A stretch of DNA of 63,327 nucleotides, counting the filler, from Intoshia linei (taxonomy: Eukaryota; Animalia; Orthonectida): the NCBI GenBank assembly GCA_001642005.1. It is 6 parts of 6 records of this genome, joined end to end, with 100 filler letters (N's around TTAATTAATTAA, not from the genome) between each part and the next. Parts side by side here need not be neighbours in the genome. Positions count along the whole stretch, not along the records: positions 22,731 to 51,580 come from LWCA01000398.1; positions 51,681 to 55,819 come from LWCA01001979.1; 4 more parts are not named here. The stretch is one strand, 5' to 3'. The position numbers and the translations under genes were made by a program. Shown piece after piece: positions 39,401 through 52,205 of this stretch; positions within the stretch are counted from its first letter, which is position 1; the number at the start of each line of letters is the position of its first letter. The notes beneath the pieces are model-generated. The model was given only the letters and a program-made list of their open reading frames with translations. It was not told the DNA's origin and ran no database searches.

Positions 39401-42400
39401 ATTTAGATTATCTTGACAATTCTGAGTTTGGAAAAGTCCACGAAATGATGAGTGGGTATCTGAATATTACAAATCCTTTCAATTTTAAAGTTATAGGTGA
39501 TTTGCATATAGACATTGCATTGCACAAAAAAAACCCAACTACTGTTAAAATTAACGACGAAATAATACCATCGGAATTGGATTTAAATTGTTTGGTTAAA
39601 TTGTCCAATATAAATTCCATCAAAATAAAAATTTTTAATCTCTGTTCAAAAAGTAACACTTCCAGTGCATTTGAAAAGTATTCAGTATTTGCAAATTGGT
39701 ATGAAAATGATTTACAAAAAACTTTGTGTTTTGAGTCTAGTAGCAGGAAAATAAACGGGTGTGTTTTATTTGATGTGATCAAAATTTCTAATTTTATATT
39801 TGATAAATTGGAGATTGATTCAATATGTGGTCACAAAATACACTTTTGCATTTATATTGGTGATGTGGATAGTAAAAAACAAATTGGATACTGTTCTTTA
39901 AATTTAAAGGATTTGCTATTGGCTTCAAATTTTTGTGTGAATACAAAGTTAAAAATATCTGCATGTGGTAATGTGGAAAGTGAACACAGTTTGTTTGATG
40001 ATTTGCACATTTCAGTCCAACTTTTGAAGCATGTTCATGTTGCTAAAATTGAAAAATCTATATTATTGTGTGGGCTATTTTCTGTTGGAAAAGTTTCTTT
40101 CAATTACGATATCATTGGGTCTCTTGAAAAGGCACACGTTTACGTCAATGGAAAGTTTAATTGGTGCAAAGAACATTTCAGGTCGCGTACTATTTCTTAT
40201 ATTAATGGAGTCGAAAGTTTTTTTAATTTTAATCAGGTAATTTAGTTTTGTTGTCATTTCAAGAGATGTGATGGCCATTTAATAAAATATGGAAAAAATT
40301 AAATCTTATGTAAGGGACCATATTTTATCGAATACAGTCGTATCTCTCTAATTTTACAATTTTTTGCAATATTATAAGTTTTTAGAAGAGTTCATTTCCA
40401 GGTTTTAACTTCAATTTAACGATTTTTTATGTTAAGTTAGCGATTTATTTTTAAAAAATTTACATTACGATAGTTGTTAGGTAGATAATAAATTGGAATC
40501 GATTTGATACATTCTTATCACTGTTATTTTTCATTTATCATTTTTGCCTCAACACATGATCCTTTTCAGTATATTGTACAGATAAAATTTCAAAAATATT
40601 TTTATATAATTTATTAAATTCAACTAATATACATTATTAATAATGGTACATTAAAAATGTTCAAATGATATGATAAAACTGAAAATTTCTAACTATGAAG
40701 ATGGGAAACGTGTCAGTGAAATATCAGAGATATTTAATATGCCTGACTCAAGTGTACGTAATAATGTAGTATTAGTAAAGGGTTGCCAACTGCGTTATTT
40801 TCCCCCTGAGAATTCTGGTTTTCTAATAGTCATATATACATAGTTAATAGTTCATAGTTATATATATATAATACAATAAGTCAACTCAGGGATTAGGGTT
40901 AGGTGATATTTCTCAGGGTAATTTAATTATTTAAATCAAAATCATCAGATCAGACATATTTTATTTATATTCTATAATTTTTTTCTTTATGATGAAAGAT
41001 TTAGTGTTAGCATTTAATTTTATTTAATTATCTGTGTGGAGAAAAGATCGAAATAAAATGAGAATAAGTTTAGTGAAAGCAGAAATAAGTATAAGAATCA
41101 ACTTTAACATGGAATGCAAAGACTTTATGAACTACTTAAAACAGCCTGCTCAAAATAACCTTATTAATATGGCCAAAACTCAACAAAAATATAATTGTCG
41201 AAAATAATTGATTTTGATCTTGTCTTTTGTGTTGTCATTTGTTTTTTTTTTAAAGTATTCATCATGAAGTCATTTTGAAATGTGCTATTTGCTATTTGTT
41301 ATGAAAAATTTAAAGTATTTATTTTGAACTTTGCAATAAAATTTGTGTGTAAACTGTTATTATTTTTTGAGAAAGAGACCCCAAAGTAAAAGAGGGCCCA
41401 CAAAAAATTTTTACGCTTTGCTGCGCTTCAGCCATGCTTCATTCAGCTTCGCTCAAAACTCAGGGTTAAGAATAATTAATGTTGGCAACCCTGTATTAGT
41501 ATATGATTGACAATACAAATTAATTTCTATTTATATAAGAATTTTTAAAAATAAATCGCTAACTTCAAATATAAAATTGTTAACTTGAAGTTAAAACACT
41601 GTAATTAACAGGTGGAGCAAGAGGGGTAATAGGCATTAAGTTCTCAATGTACATACTTTTGATTTTGATTATGCACTTTAAAATTTTTCTGTTGGTACCA
41701 TATACTTTTTTCGGATACAATAGCTCCATGTATTTATTTTTCTTTGGAACAGCGTTGGTATGTACCATGTGGGAATGCTGCTTTATTATTTTATATAATA
41801 TAATTTTAATTTAGACGTTTAATATTTTATTGGACGCTAAATCAATACAGTCATACCAGGAAGGCTACATTACATTTGAAATTTGGAAAGAATTTCAAAA
41901 TAAAGTGAATCGAAATTCAATTCCAAATTCTGATTTTTCATTATATCAAAATCAAGTACCATTTATATAAGATAAAGGCAGGGTTTAAAGTTTAAACTAG
42001 ATTAGTGGTTCCAATTAGGGTCTCAGGACCAAAACTATATACCTTGGGGTCCGTGAGATTCAAATAAAATGTAATAAAAAAATTTAGAATTTTTAATATT
42101 TATTACAGTTGCCAGATGTTGTGATTTATCGTTAAGCCTAGACTACCGCTACATTATTATTTCAAAAATCCGACTATTATTTCCACCATTAATAAAATTT
42201 AATAAAAAATACCATTTAAAACTCTCAGAGAAAAATCGAATTTTACCAAATGTTATAAGCAACAACTTCTTAATAGAAAATCCAAATAAAAAATTCAATT
42301 TTATGAACTTAACTTAATGAAAAGTCCACTTTTTCCAATATTTTTTTTTGTTAAAATCCGATTTTACCAAAATTTTATGAGTAATCACTTCTTAATCCAA

Positions 42401-44570
42401 TACCCAAACTAAAACATCCAATTTTACCAACTTAAGGAAGAAATCACATTTTTCCATTATGTTTTTGAAAAACACGATTTACCAAATCTTATGAGAAAAA
42501 ACCTTTAATTTTTTATAAATGTTATATATTTCATGTTTCCTTTTGGGCCCAAAAAAATAACTATTTTGAAATGGGGGTTCGTAAAATATTTGAATCGTGA
42601 ACCACTGAACTAGATCCCTGCAATAGATACATAATTATATCGATTTAATCCTCAATTTTTTCTAAATTTAATGAGAGAGAGTTACTGCATGTGTTTTTGA
42701 ACTCTTCAATCATTACATATTTATTTATTTATTACTAATGTTATACATAATTAATATATATATTATTATATATAATTAGTTATACATTGTAATTGATTTT
42801 TGAGTCTGTTTTTTAAGTAAGTAATCTAAATTGGCGCCTTTACTTAGGACCGTGGAGAAGTCTAGGGCCTACTTTTTAAATTTATTAATAGCTAATGTTA
42901 GAAACTTTTATCCCTTTAAGCAATATATAGAGCAGTGTTTCTCTAATGCCGGTCCAAAATTTTATACTAATTAAAAGTCAATTTATTATGTTTTTTTAAC
43001 GTTGCAGAGTAATTTGGTTTTAATGTTCCGCGGTGAATTTTATAATTAATCACCGGTTTGCCGTGAAAAAAGTGTGGGAATCTATGATATACAAGACATC
43101 TATGTTGAATTCCCATTTTTTAAGAAAATTTGATAGGTCTACAATTTCCACATGACTGTCTACTGCTGGCTCTCCACGGCCCTGCCTATACTTCTATATA
43201 GGCTTAATATTCAACATAATGTAAGGGATGTACAAAATATTTAATTACTGTATTATATTTACATTGTTTATTTAGTTATTGGGTATAGTGAAAGTACCTT
43301 TAAACGCAATTTCAATGCCCTTGGATGGTGATAATTTAAACAATGACAGCTTGAAACACTGTGCAAGTGGTTACGATATTGTGAAAGGATATCTCCCTAT
43401 AATGAAAACATATTCCTCTACAGAAGTGGGAGAAATTGAAGTAAAACTAACAGTTGGATCGATAGGAACAAAATTTGATTTGTTTCAACAAAAAGGAACA
43501 AAGCCCCAATTTACATCTCATGAAATCTATTTACCTGATCACAATTTAAAATCAATAAACGAAAATTTAAAAAATAAATTAAACCAACTCGATATTCTTC
43601 GTGTTAATTTATTGAAAAAATTACAAGATCCGATCGAGGTAATAAAAGATACAACAGAATCGGTTGAACTTGGAAATGATCAAAAAATTAATGAAACTAT
43701 TTTTTCTTTAAATACTGATGAAAATTATTTAAATGAATCTCAAGATTGTGTTAATATTTTGCCATGTACAATACCAGCTTTTGAACAGAACATGGAAAGC
43801 AAAGATCCATTGTGTGTAAAATATGTGAATGAACTGGATACTTTTGAAAAATATACTGAAAATTGTGATACTCTCTTTTCTCCACAAATTAATGAAACTA
43901 TAATTGAGGATTTTAATTCACTAGAAATTCTGAATAATATCGAAAAAAGTGACAAAAGTGTAGAAATACCTTCAGATGTTTGCATAATAAATTTTGAAGA
44001 ATCGGAAAAGGATCAGAAAAATGGTGTTAAAAAATTAAATGAAATTGATTATTCTCTGGAACAGCCATTTGATTGTTTATATGAAATTACAGGTATATTC
44101 GATACTGCTAATTCTGAAAAAGACGAAGATACTGTTAACGTAACATTATTAAATTCATGTGAAATTGGATCCACCAAAAAAGTGATGGAAGAACCAAGTA
44201 ATACCAATAAACCCAACGAACAAAAAACCGAATATTTAGAGGAACTGACTAAAACTTCTATGGATGATTCTGACCTTGAAAGTTTGACTGTAACGTCTAT
44301 TTGTAGCACCAGGTATTGTTAATGTACAATCTTCTCTATTTTGTCAATTTTGGGACTTTGATTTGACGAAATAGAGAAACGGTAACCATATAAACTATAT
44401 AGTATTATAATACTATTAATTAATAATGTTATAGCTTGGATATTAACGATTCAACACCTGAAAGGATAATCGAAAAAATTAACAAAGTTTTGAGCAAAGT
44501 TTTTATTCATAAATTATAAATCTTACATTTTTTCTAGAAATGTAACAATTCGGACCAAGATCAACTGTAA
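36455..44570 (+). CDS. C2CD3-like multi-C2-domain centriolar/ciliary protein, divergent
   Basis: Exons near 36455, 36981, 38896, 39034-40236, 41815-41955, 43276-44311, 44434, 44538-44570; two C2 motifs DKLIGLVKIP..GYLNITNPF..GDLHI and LLGIVKVPL..GYLPI..GEIEVKLTVGS resemble C2CD3. Confidence 0.65.
37680..38349 (+). mobile_element. Two Helitron-like units joined head to tail
   Basis: 3' CTAG (38051-38054) directly followed by 5' TCCTTACTTATG (38055); second unit ends CTAG|T at 38349. Confidence 0.8.
40398..41601 (+). mobile_element. Tigger/pogo-like element remnant
   Basis: ~55-bp imperfect TIR (gttttaacttcaa..gttagcgatttattttt); CENP-B-type HTH fragment YEDGKRVSEISEIFNMPDSSVR near 40680-40765. 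Confidence 0.6.
40778..41493 (+). mobile_element. hAT element nested in the Tigger-like remnant
   Basis: TIR AGGGTTGCCAAC / GTTGGCAACCCT; perfect 8-bp TSD TATTAGTA; C-terminal transposase fragment DRNKMRISLVKAEISIRINFNMECKDFY. Confidence 0.85.
42003..42607. mobile_element. hAT-type MITE containing 30-bp minisatellite units
   Basis: Ends TAGTGGTTC / GAACCACTG; perfect 8-bp TSD AACTAGAT. Confidence 0.8.
42845..43184. mobile_element. hAT-type MITE with a smaller nested MITE
   Basis: TIR TAGGACCGTGGAGA / TCTCCACGGCCCTG; TSD cctttact / cctatact (7/8); nested CAGTGTTTCTC element from ~42933. Confidence 0.7.
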
Positions 44571-44893
44571 ATATTTTAATAAATACATAAATATTTTTTA
44601 TTATGAGAAAATTTTATTTTGCATTAATTTAAAAATTGATCAATCTCTTTAATATAGTCATATAGCTCTATCCAATTCTCCATGTCTCTTATTTGACATT
44701 TTTATTTACCACGAAAAAAGGCGCAATTTTACGAAATTTCGGCCAGCTTTAAGAGTTTTTCGGCACTGATTATTTGAATCAATTATAATTATTTGTCTAA
44801 CCGTGCATCGTATCGTGAATTGCGTTACTAAATGGGTTTCTATAAACAAGAATTTGTTGATGTGTTATTTAGTAATAAGAACAATAATATACG

Positions 44894-45470
44894 ATGCAGG
44901 AAGGTAAAAATTGATTGAAAACTTATTAAAACTATTTTTAGGAAAAGTGCGACCAGTTGTAATAATATTATTTAATCTGGTTGATATAATTTAGAGATCT
45001 TCGTTAATATTTCAATTATTGCTTTATTTTAATTGGTGGTATTTTTTGGCATTATTTTTCAGTGAACTCGCGTTGCTGTCTTATAAATGTACCCGTAATA
45101 TTACATTGTATAATAATTTTAATTAAGACGTCACATATTTGTATGGAACGGGAATTATATTTCTCGAAATATTTATCTTGCTCATGATGCTGACCGTTGA
45201 AAATATTAGAATCTATTTTGGAAAGAAAGGCAATCTCACTCAAGAAATAACCGGAATATGTTTATCTATAATGCTAACTTTGCCCTCAATCATACTTTCC
45301 TTTTATTTAATACTCTTTCAAACGTATGTTTTGAGGGTAGAAGTTATCATAAATTCAATTCAACTATTTTTCATTGGACTAGAATTGATATTGGAAGTAT
45401 TTTGCATTGTAACATTTGTTAGGTTTAATTTCTTTTTCGTTTTTAATTTATATTTAGAATCAAATATTAG
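44894..45470 (+). CDS. TMEM216: TMEM216/TMEM80-family protein, paralog B
   Basis: Same five-exon layout as paralog A (44894-44903, 44942-44958, 44995-45088, 45129-45422, 45458-45470); FGKKGNL, LPS, QTYVLRVE. Confidence 0.88.
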
Positions 45471-45670
45471 TTTGTAATAAAATTTCATCACTTTGTGCAT
45501 TCAATTTAATTAATTAATCTGCCACCTATGCCTAAGATTCAGAAAATTATCAATGGCAGTGTCAATTTTAAATTTTAAGAGATTATAAAATGAACAAAAC
45601 TTTAGTTATTTAAAATATCGCTAAATTATGATGTGAAACATTTTACCAGTAAATAAAAGTGAAAATAAAT

Positions 45671-48600
45671 ATGAAGAGAAAACACCTAGATACAATCACC
45701 AGGATTGATTCAAATTCTACATACAAATCCACAGTTCAAAAAAAAATGAAATGTATGTCCCAAGATAAATATCCAATTCCAACAATCGTGCACGTGTTTA
45801 GAAATTGCATAACTGGGAAAAATTACAAAGCGGCCAGTGAATACATTTTAAAAAACCCTACACTAGACATTTTCAAAAAGTTATTAAAAGATGAATCAAC
45901 CCATGAAGAGGTAATTTTAATGATATTTAAGACATTTGTGTTTATGAGAAATTTTAAAAATATCGCGGAATCAGACAGTCAAGTTTGCGAAAAAAATTTA
46001 AAAATAATTGTCAGTTCTTTGAAAATATTGGAAGGTTATTTGATGAATGATTATAAACCAATGGAAAAATGTTTAAACTCTAAAAAAATTATATGGAGAT
46101 GTTCCTGTATATACCAAACTATGAGTATTGTATTGGAAACTTGTACAAAGGTTCCATTTGTAATTTTGACAAATGTAACTAATATGATTGGTGCCATAAG
46201 CGTTGTATTCAAACGCCAAAAAAATAGTAAAAATGTTTCAAATATGCAAAGCCATAGCATCATTTTTCTCACTCGCGTGTTTGAAAAGGTGCCAGGTAAA
46301 TATTTAAAACAGTTGATTTCTTTGAAAGCCAATGTTTTGACTAGTACTTTTTTTGTATTTAAAAATTTAAATTTAAAAGTAGTTTACCAATATTTAAAGA
46401 GTATCTATGATCATATTATTCTAAATACTTTAATACCTAAAAGTACCAAATTGTTTCTTTTTAATTCCAATTCCATGAGTATCATGGCTTCAAATTATTT
46501 TTGGAAAAACCCTAGTTTAGAATCTACTGAAAACGAAGAAATTGTATGGGACCAAGTTGACGCAATTCTTCAAACTACATGCTGTGATACACGAGTCGGT
46601 ATTGTATTTGATGCAGAAAACGAAACTTTGAAAAATTTTATTTTAAATTTGAATGGCATTCTAACAAGTCGATATAAAAGACGATTGGTTATTAATATTA
46701 TTACAAATTCTCCTAGGTTGTTTAGTGTTTTTGTGGAAAAATCTAAAATTTTTAATTGTTTTGATTTAGAAAAGTTTTTTGAACCAAACTTCTTGGAAGC
46801 TGCCATTAAATCTCTCAATTTCCTTTTGGATGTATACGATAAAATGCCTTTATCTGAAACTGATATTACATTGCCTTCAAGTGTGCTTTTGTTTATTAAT
46901 AACGTTTTTTCAAATCACGAAAAATACTTTTCCTTCATATCTGAACCTTTGAAGTTATACCTCGTTTGTTCTCGTCTCTGTACGTCAAATTTGAAAAAAA
47001 TTCAAAATTATTTCAAAATGAAACATACTTTAATAAATATGGACAAATTTCGGCATTTACCTAGTCTTTTGAATTTATACGATATTTTTAGTAAATTAGA
47101 CCCTAGTTGTTCACTGCACGCCGATTTTGTTTTGGAAGATTATCATTTATTTTATCAATATTTAACATTTCATATTAATTTGGCACACGAAAATTTCCCG
47201 TATACTATGGATTTGAATACACTGTTCCACAAAACAATTACGAGGTGCATTAAAATAAAAAATGGAGATGGTGTATTTAATGAGAAATGCACTGAGAATA
47301 TTGTTGATTGGATAAGTAATAATTCGTTGAATCTTTATAAAATTGACGTACAGTTCATGGTCAATTATCTGGTCATCTCAAAAATTAATGTCCTGTTTTC
47401 CATGAAACTTTTAAACAAATTTTTAATTGAAAATAGTGCTGACAAGGAAAATGTTTTACCTAAACTTGTGGTGATATTAAACTTTTTTAAAGGTAATGAT
47501 TTGTATAATATTTGTAATTTATTCGTTATGGATGTTTTAAACAAAAAATTTCAAATCAATGCATTTATGAAAAAATGTGTTTTTGGGACATTTAAATGTG
47601 ATTTATCAGAAAAATGTGATTTTGATAATATTTACATATTTATTTTAACATGTTATAAGGATATTTTTCAAAATACGTTCACCTCGTGTTTATTCAAAAA
47701 TGTTAAGAAAATTGTGACGTTTCTTAAAGAATTTTTCGGTTTAAATTCGGAAAATTTAAATTTTGCTTTATTGTATTCTGTTATTGATGTAGTGGTAATG
47801 GTGTCTACCTCCAACAATGAGTATACTAAAGAAAATGTAAAAGTACTAAACTATTGTTTCAAATCATTGTACTTTTGTTTACGTCTTTTTCAAAACAAAT
47901 ATTTACCAAATACTGATGAATTAACCTGCATTGAACAGGACATTAAGGGTCAATCTGATTGGAGCATTTCTCTTTTATTGAACTTAAATTACAAATACAA
48001 ATTTTCAGAAGTATTTAAGAAACCAATGATTCCTTACCCAGTAATGGCTATTTATCAGTCTTTGATGGGTTTAACAAAAATTGATTTTATCGAAAAAGTT
48101 GAAAATAGAAAATTTTTGAAAAGAATTTACAAATTTGTAAACTTACCTTGCATGTTCCACATTTCAGTCAATGTTAATTCTATTGATTCAAGTGTACATA
48201 ATTTTCCTATAATTTCTCAAACCAATGCTGTTTGTTCCATGCTAGGAGCGACATTACTTCAATTACGTGGTGCTAATTTTGATGCATTTTTAAACATTGT
48301 TAAGGATCAACATTTTAAGGATTACTGTATAAATAATATCCAAAATTTTAACAAAATGCACATATATAATTCAAAAAGCAAATATTCATTTTTTTCTTTT
48401 GTAAATGGTGTTTGCGAATTAGATAAATTTGATGTTGAATTATGTGAATTAATTTGCAGAGCTTGTCATTTATTTCAATGTATAATTATAAATTTAAAAC
48501 AAGGCATTAATGATGCATATTTACATGCTTTCTTAAACAAAATGAAGGGAAAACGTTTTATTTTGTATATTTTACCGTTACTACCAAAATATTCTACTTT

Positions 48601-51152
48601 TTGGTTTTCCACTTTGCCAGTAGGGATTTCTTTTATCTATGGTTTACTTGAAATGGATAAATGTCATGTCAAATATTTACAAATTTTTTTAATAAATTGT
48701 TCTTTAACCTCTTGTCAAGAGAACACGAACCTTGGAAATGATTTGGAATTGGATTGGCTAAAATGTATACTCAATTGTGGATGGATAAACGTTCACTTGT
48801 GTATGAAAGTAATGGACTATAAACATTTTGCTGTTCCAAATTCGTGGAATTCCATCATTAATTTTATTGAATTAATTAATGTTATATATACCTTTTCAGA
48901 TAATGTATCAAATAGTTTTATAAAGCAAACTGAAAAACTTTTATTAAATGGCAGTGTTGTTCAGTATGTTTTAAAATATAAAAAAATGTTGTTGGTCGAT
49001 TCCATAACTAGTCTCCACGATCACATTCTTGATAAATTTCAACCGTTTATACAAGTGCATTTGGGTTTTTTAGACGTATTTTATAATGATGATGTCAAAG
49101 TAGATGTTGATGTATTATGCGACTTGACGGATTATCTTTTACATCTGTCCCAAAAGTTTGATATACAAAAAATTATTTTACCAATATTACGAAAAATTTT
49201 TACATTATTACCGAAAATTAACGATGCTAAAATGACGTATGCTTATGACTCCTTTTTCAAATTGATTCAAAGTGTAGACGATGAATTTGAAATTAATAAT
49301 GTCACCATTTTACACTATATTCCATGGGGCATAACGTCAAACCAATTTTTAAGTTACATTTACCGTTATGTGAATCATTTTGATGAAAAATTGGTCAGTG
49401 TTTTATTAAAATCTGAAAAATTTTACGAAATGTTGACCAATGATGCCACGGTTTTATTGAATTTTTTAACTAAACTATTTACTCATCAACCTCACTTACT
49501 GAATATAAAAATTATTACAGTTTTGTTGTGTACGTTTACTGCTAAAGACACTAAAAACGATAATAATATTTATGCTGTATTAAAGTTGTTTCGCAATATA
49601 TACCCGGAGAAGGATGCTAAAATAAAACCATACATTTGGAGTACTGACGCCATCAATTTTTATTCAATAAAAAAACAGGTCAGTATTCCTATTTTTAAAA
49701 AAGCAACATTTTCTGAAATTTTACAAATAATTGATCGTGATACGCTTTATCGTACATGTGTTTTTACTTACTTACCCCTATGTTTGCAAACAGGCAAATT
49801 CAATTCCATTTACATTTCAGAGTTTTTACTGAATCTTATCCATCATTTAGTTGTAATTTGTAATGAAGTTTTTATTTATCGAAACTTTTTCTTGAATCAC
49901 TGTTTCACTTTTTGCATTTCTCAGTTAACTGTCTCAAATCACAAGGTTAGAAAAGAAGCTTATGATGTTTTGAATAATTATTCCAAAAAAATTAAAGACG
50001 AAACTTTTCATGAAAAGTATTTGATTACTTCAATCTATAATTGCATTTTCTATTATTACAATGATGATTCTTCTTGGGTGTCCGACAATAGATTATCGTG
50101 TCCTATAATTTTAGAGCCTTTGATTGCTCAATTTTTCATTCAGCTGATTCATACCAATATACACTCGTTTGGTGTATTCAAAAATGCTCCAAAGTCAATC
50201 ACTTCTACCGTTTTTAAACAATCTTTAGATGCGTTTAAGGACAAACAAAACAAACATACATTTTCTTCCATCCTTTTGACGAAGGTTAATATAAAAATTG
50301 AATTAATGCTACAATTGGACGGAACAACAGATTATCGAATTATGGCTGTTAAAATGTTGCAAAATTCAATTACTAATAACGGAAAGATTAATAAATCTAA
50401 AATTTTTGAAAAATCTCAGTTATTTTGCAATTTATTGCACATGTTTTCAAATAATTTTGTCAACAAAAAACTACGAATACAAATTTGCACATTTTTTAAA
50501 AAGTGTATTTTACTAAATAAAACTATTTTTTTAAATTTATTAAACAATCATTCCTTTTTGAACTGGATTATTCAATTTCTTGAATACAAAGAGTAATTTT
50601 AAAATTTTAGTATTTTTTATTTTTTTTAGAAATAGCGAGCTACGTGTTTCCATTTTACAGTTGATTATTTATAGTGGGTATTCTATACACAAGTTTAATT
50701 TGGAAAATTATAAAATCATGTATCGACAATTGCTTTTCATTGTTCCTCCAAAATATTTGTAATTTTTTCATTTGTTTACATAAATTAATTTTAGTCATCA
50801 AAATGGAATCGAATCAATGTATGAAAATAATTTAATTACTTTTATTGACTATTATTTGCATAATGATACATTTGATGAAGCCATTCAATATTATCAGATT
50901 TATGTTAATTATTTCAAAGAGACTTTATGCACTAATAATGATAATATTGAAAATGTCTTGATTCGGTTGTATCGGGTCGCTACCAAATATGCGAAATATC
51001 GACAATTTACACCTCTAAATATTTATCTTGTCAATCATGCCTTAAAATTTATCGATAATAATCAGAGCACTTTAATCAAATTATCACCTCTTAAATTTAC
51101 AGAAATTAAGAAAAACTGTACACAATTTATTGAAGATGTAAATAAATGTTAA
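45671..51152 (+). CDS. URB1: Nucleolar pre-ribosomal-associated protein 1 (Npa1), divergent
   Basis: ~1640-codon first exon plus exons 50630-50758 and ~50795-51152; N-terminal LIPKSTKLFLFN and NopRA1-like IYISEFLL...FCISQLTVSNHKVRKEAYDVL. Confidence 0.72.
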
Positions 51153-51301
51153 TATTTTTTTAAATTCTTGTATATTTTTAAGGGATACTCATTTTCTAGC
51201 ATATTTGGTGTATCTATTTTATCTTTCTTTCTATATTCTGTTAAATCTGTTGCATTTATTATTTCAATGTCTTCATCTCTATCCATTTCATCGTCACTTT
51301 C
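51149..51301 (-). CDS. Probable terminal exon of an unidentified convergent gene
   Basis: AG acceptor at 51302-51303; 50 codons ESDDEMDRDEDIEII...KNLKKY*. Confidence 0.5.
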   Translation of the reverse strand, partial: ESDDEMDRDEDIEIINATDLTEYRKKDKIDTPNMLENEYPLKIYKNLKKY

Positions 51302-51329
51302 CTAAAAGTGTAAAATTATTTTAGAACAT

Positions 51330-51580
51330 CAACAAAAATCAATGTCAATATTCTGTAAAAAGTCAGAAAAAGCAACGATTTCATATTTTAAATTGAGTTA
51401 CATGTTAGCAAAAAATGGAAAACCGTTTTCAGGTGGTCAATTTTTAAAAGATTGTTTTCTCGGAATTTCTGATGATCTTTTTCAAGGCTTTCATAATAAC
51501 ATATAATAAAATTTGCTATTGCAGACTTGCAATTATCACGTAATACTGTTATGAGACAAATAGAAAAACTTAGTAAAGAT
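51330..51580 (+). pseudogene. hAT (Buster/SPIN/GTF2IRD2-like) transposase fragment
   Basis: LSYMLAKNGKPFSGGQFLKDCF and LQLSRNTVMRQIEKLS; frameshifted; ends at the gap. Confidence 0.8.
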
Positions 51581-51680
51581 NNNNNNNNNNNNNNNNNNNN
51601 NNNNNNNNNNNNNNNNNNNNNNNNTTAATTAATTAANNNNNNNNNNNNNNNNNNNNNNNNNNNNNNNNNNNNNNNNNNNN

Positions 51681-52205
51681 TATTTATATCAACTGGAATA
51701 AGCTCTATCAGAATAATATTTTTTTTTTAATTTTTGGACCGTTAATTATTTCACATTTTTTGTTATAATAAAATAGTTTCGAAATAAAAAAATATAAATA
51801 ATAATATCTACTAAAGTGCTTTTTTGACCGTGAAGACGACAATTTTTTAGATTGAAATTTTTTGTGTGAGTTAACAGGATACAACTGTACCACCTGTCAT
51901 TTTTTAAATTATAAGGCTGTTTTCATTAAAAAAAAAAAGGTAATTTGTTGTTTTGGTCCTGAAGACATTACATTTTTTAAATTTATGATAATATTTATGA
52001 TTTTAAAATCTATATCAGAATGTATATTTTTTTAAATTATCGAATTTGTTTGATTTTCAAAAAAAAAGGGATAATTTAGATTTTGGTGCCGTAAGATGTA
52101 AGTTTCGGAGGTTGAAATTTATCTTATTACATCACCCGAAAAAAACTGTAATAGAAATGCGGACTTTATATAATTCTAATACTGGTAGTTATTGAAATAA
52201 ACAAA
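51681..52205 (-). mobile_element. Helitron-like copy
   Basis: Collinear with 365-840. Confidence 0.75.
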
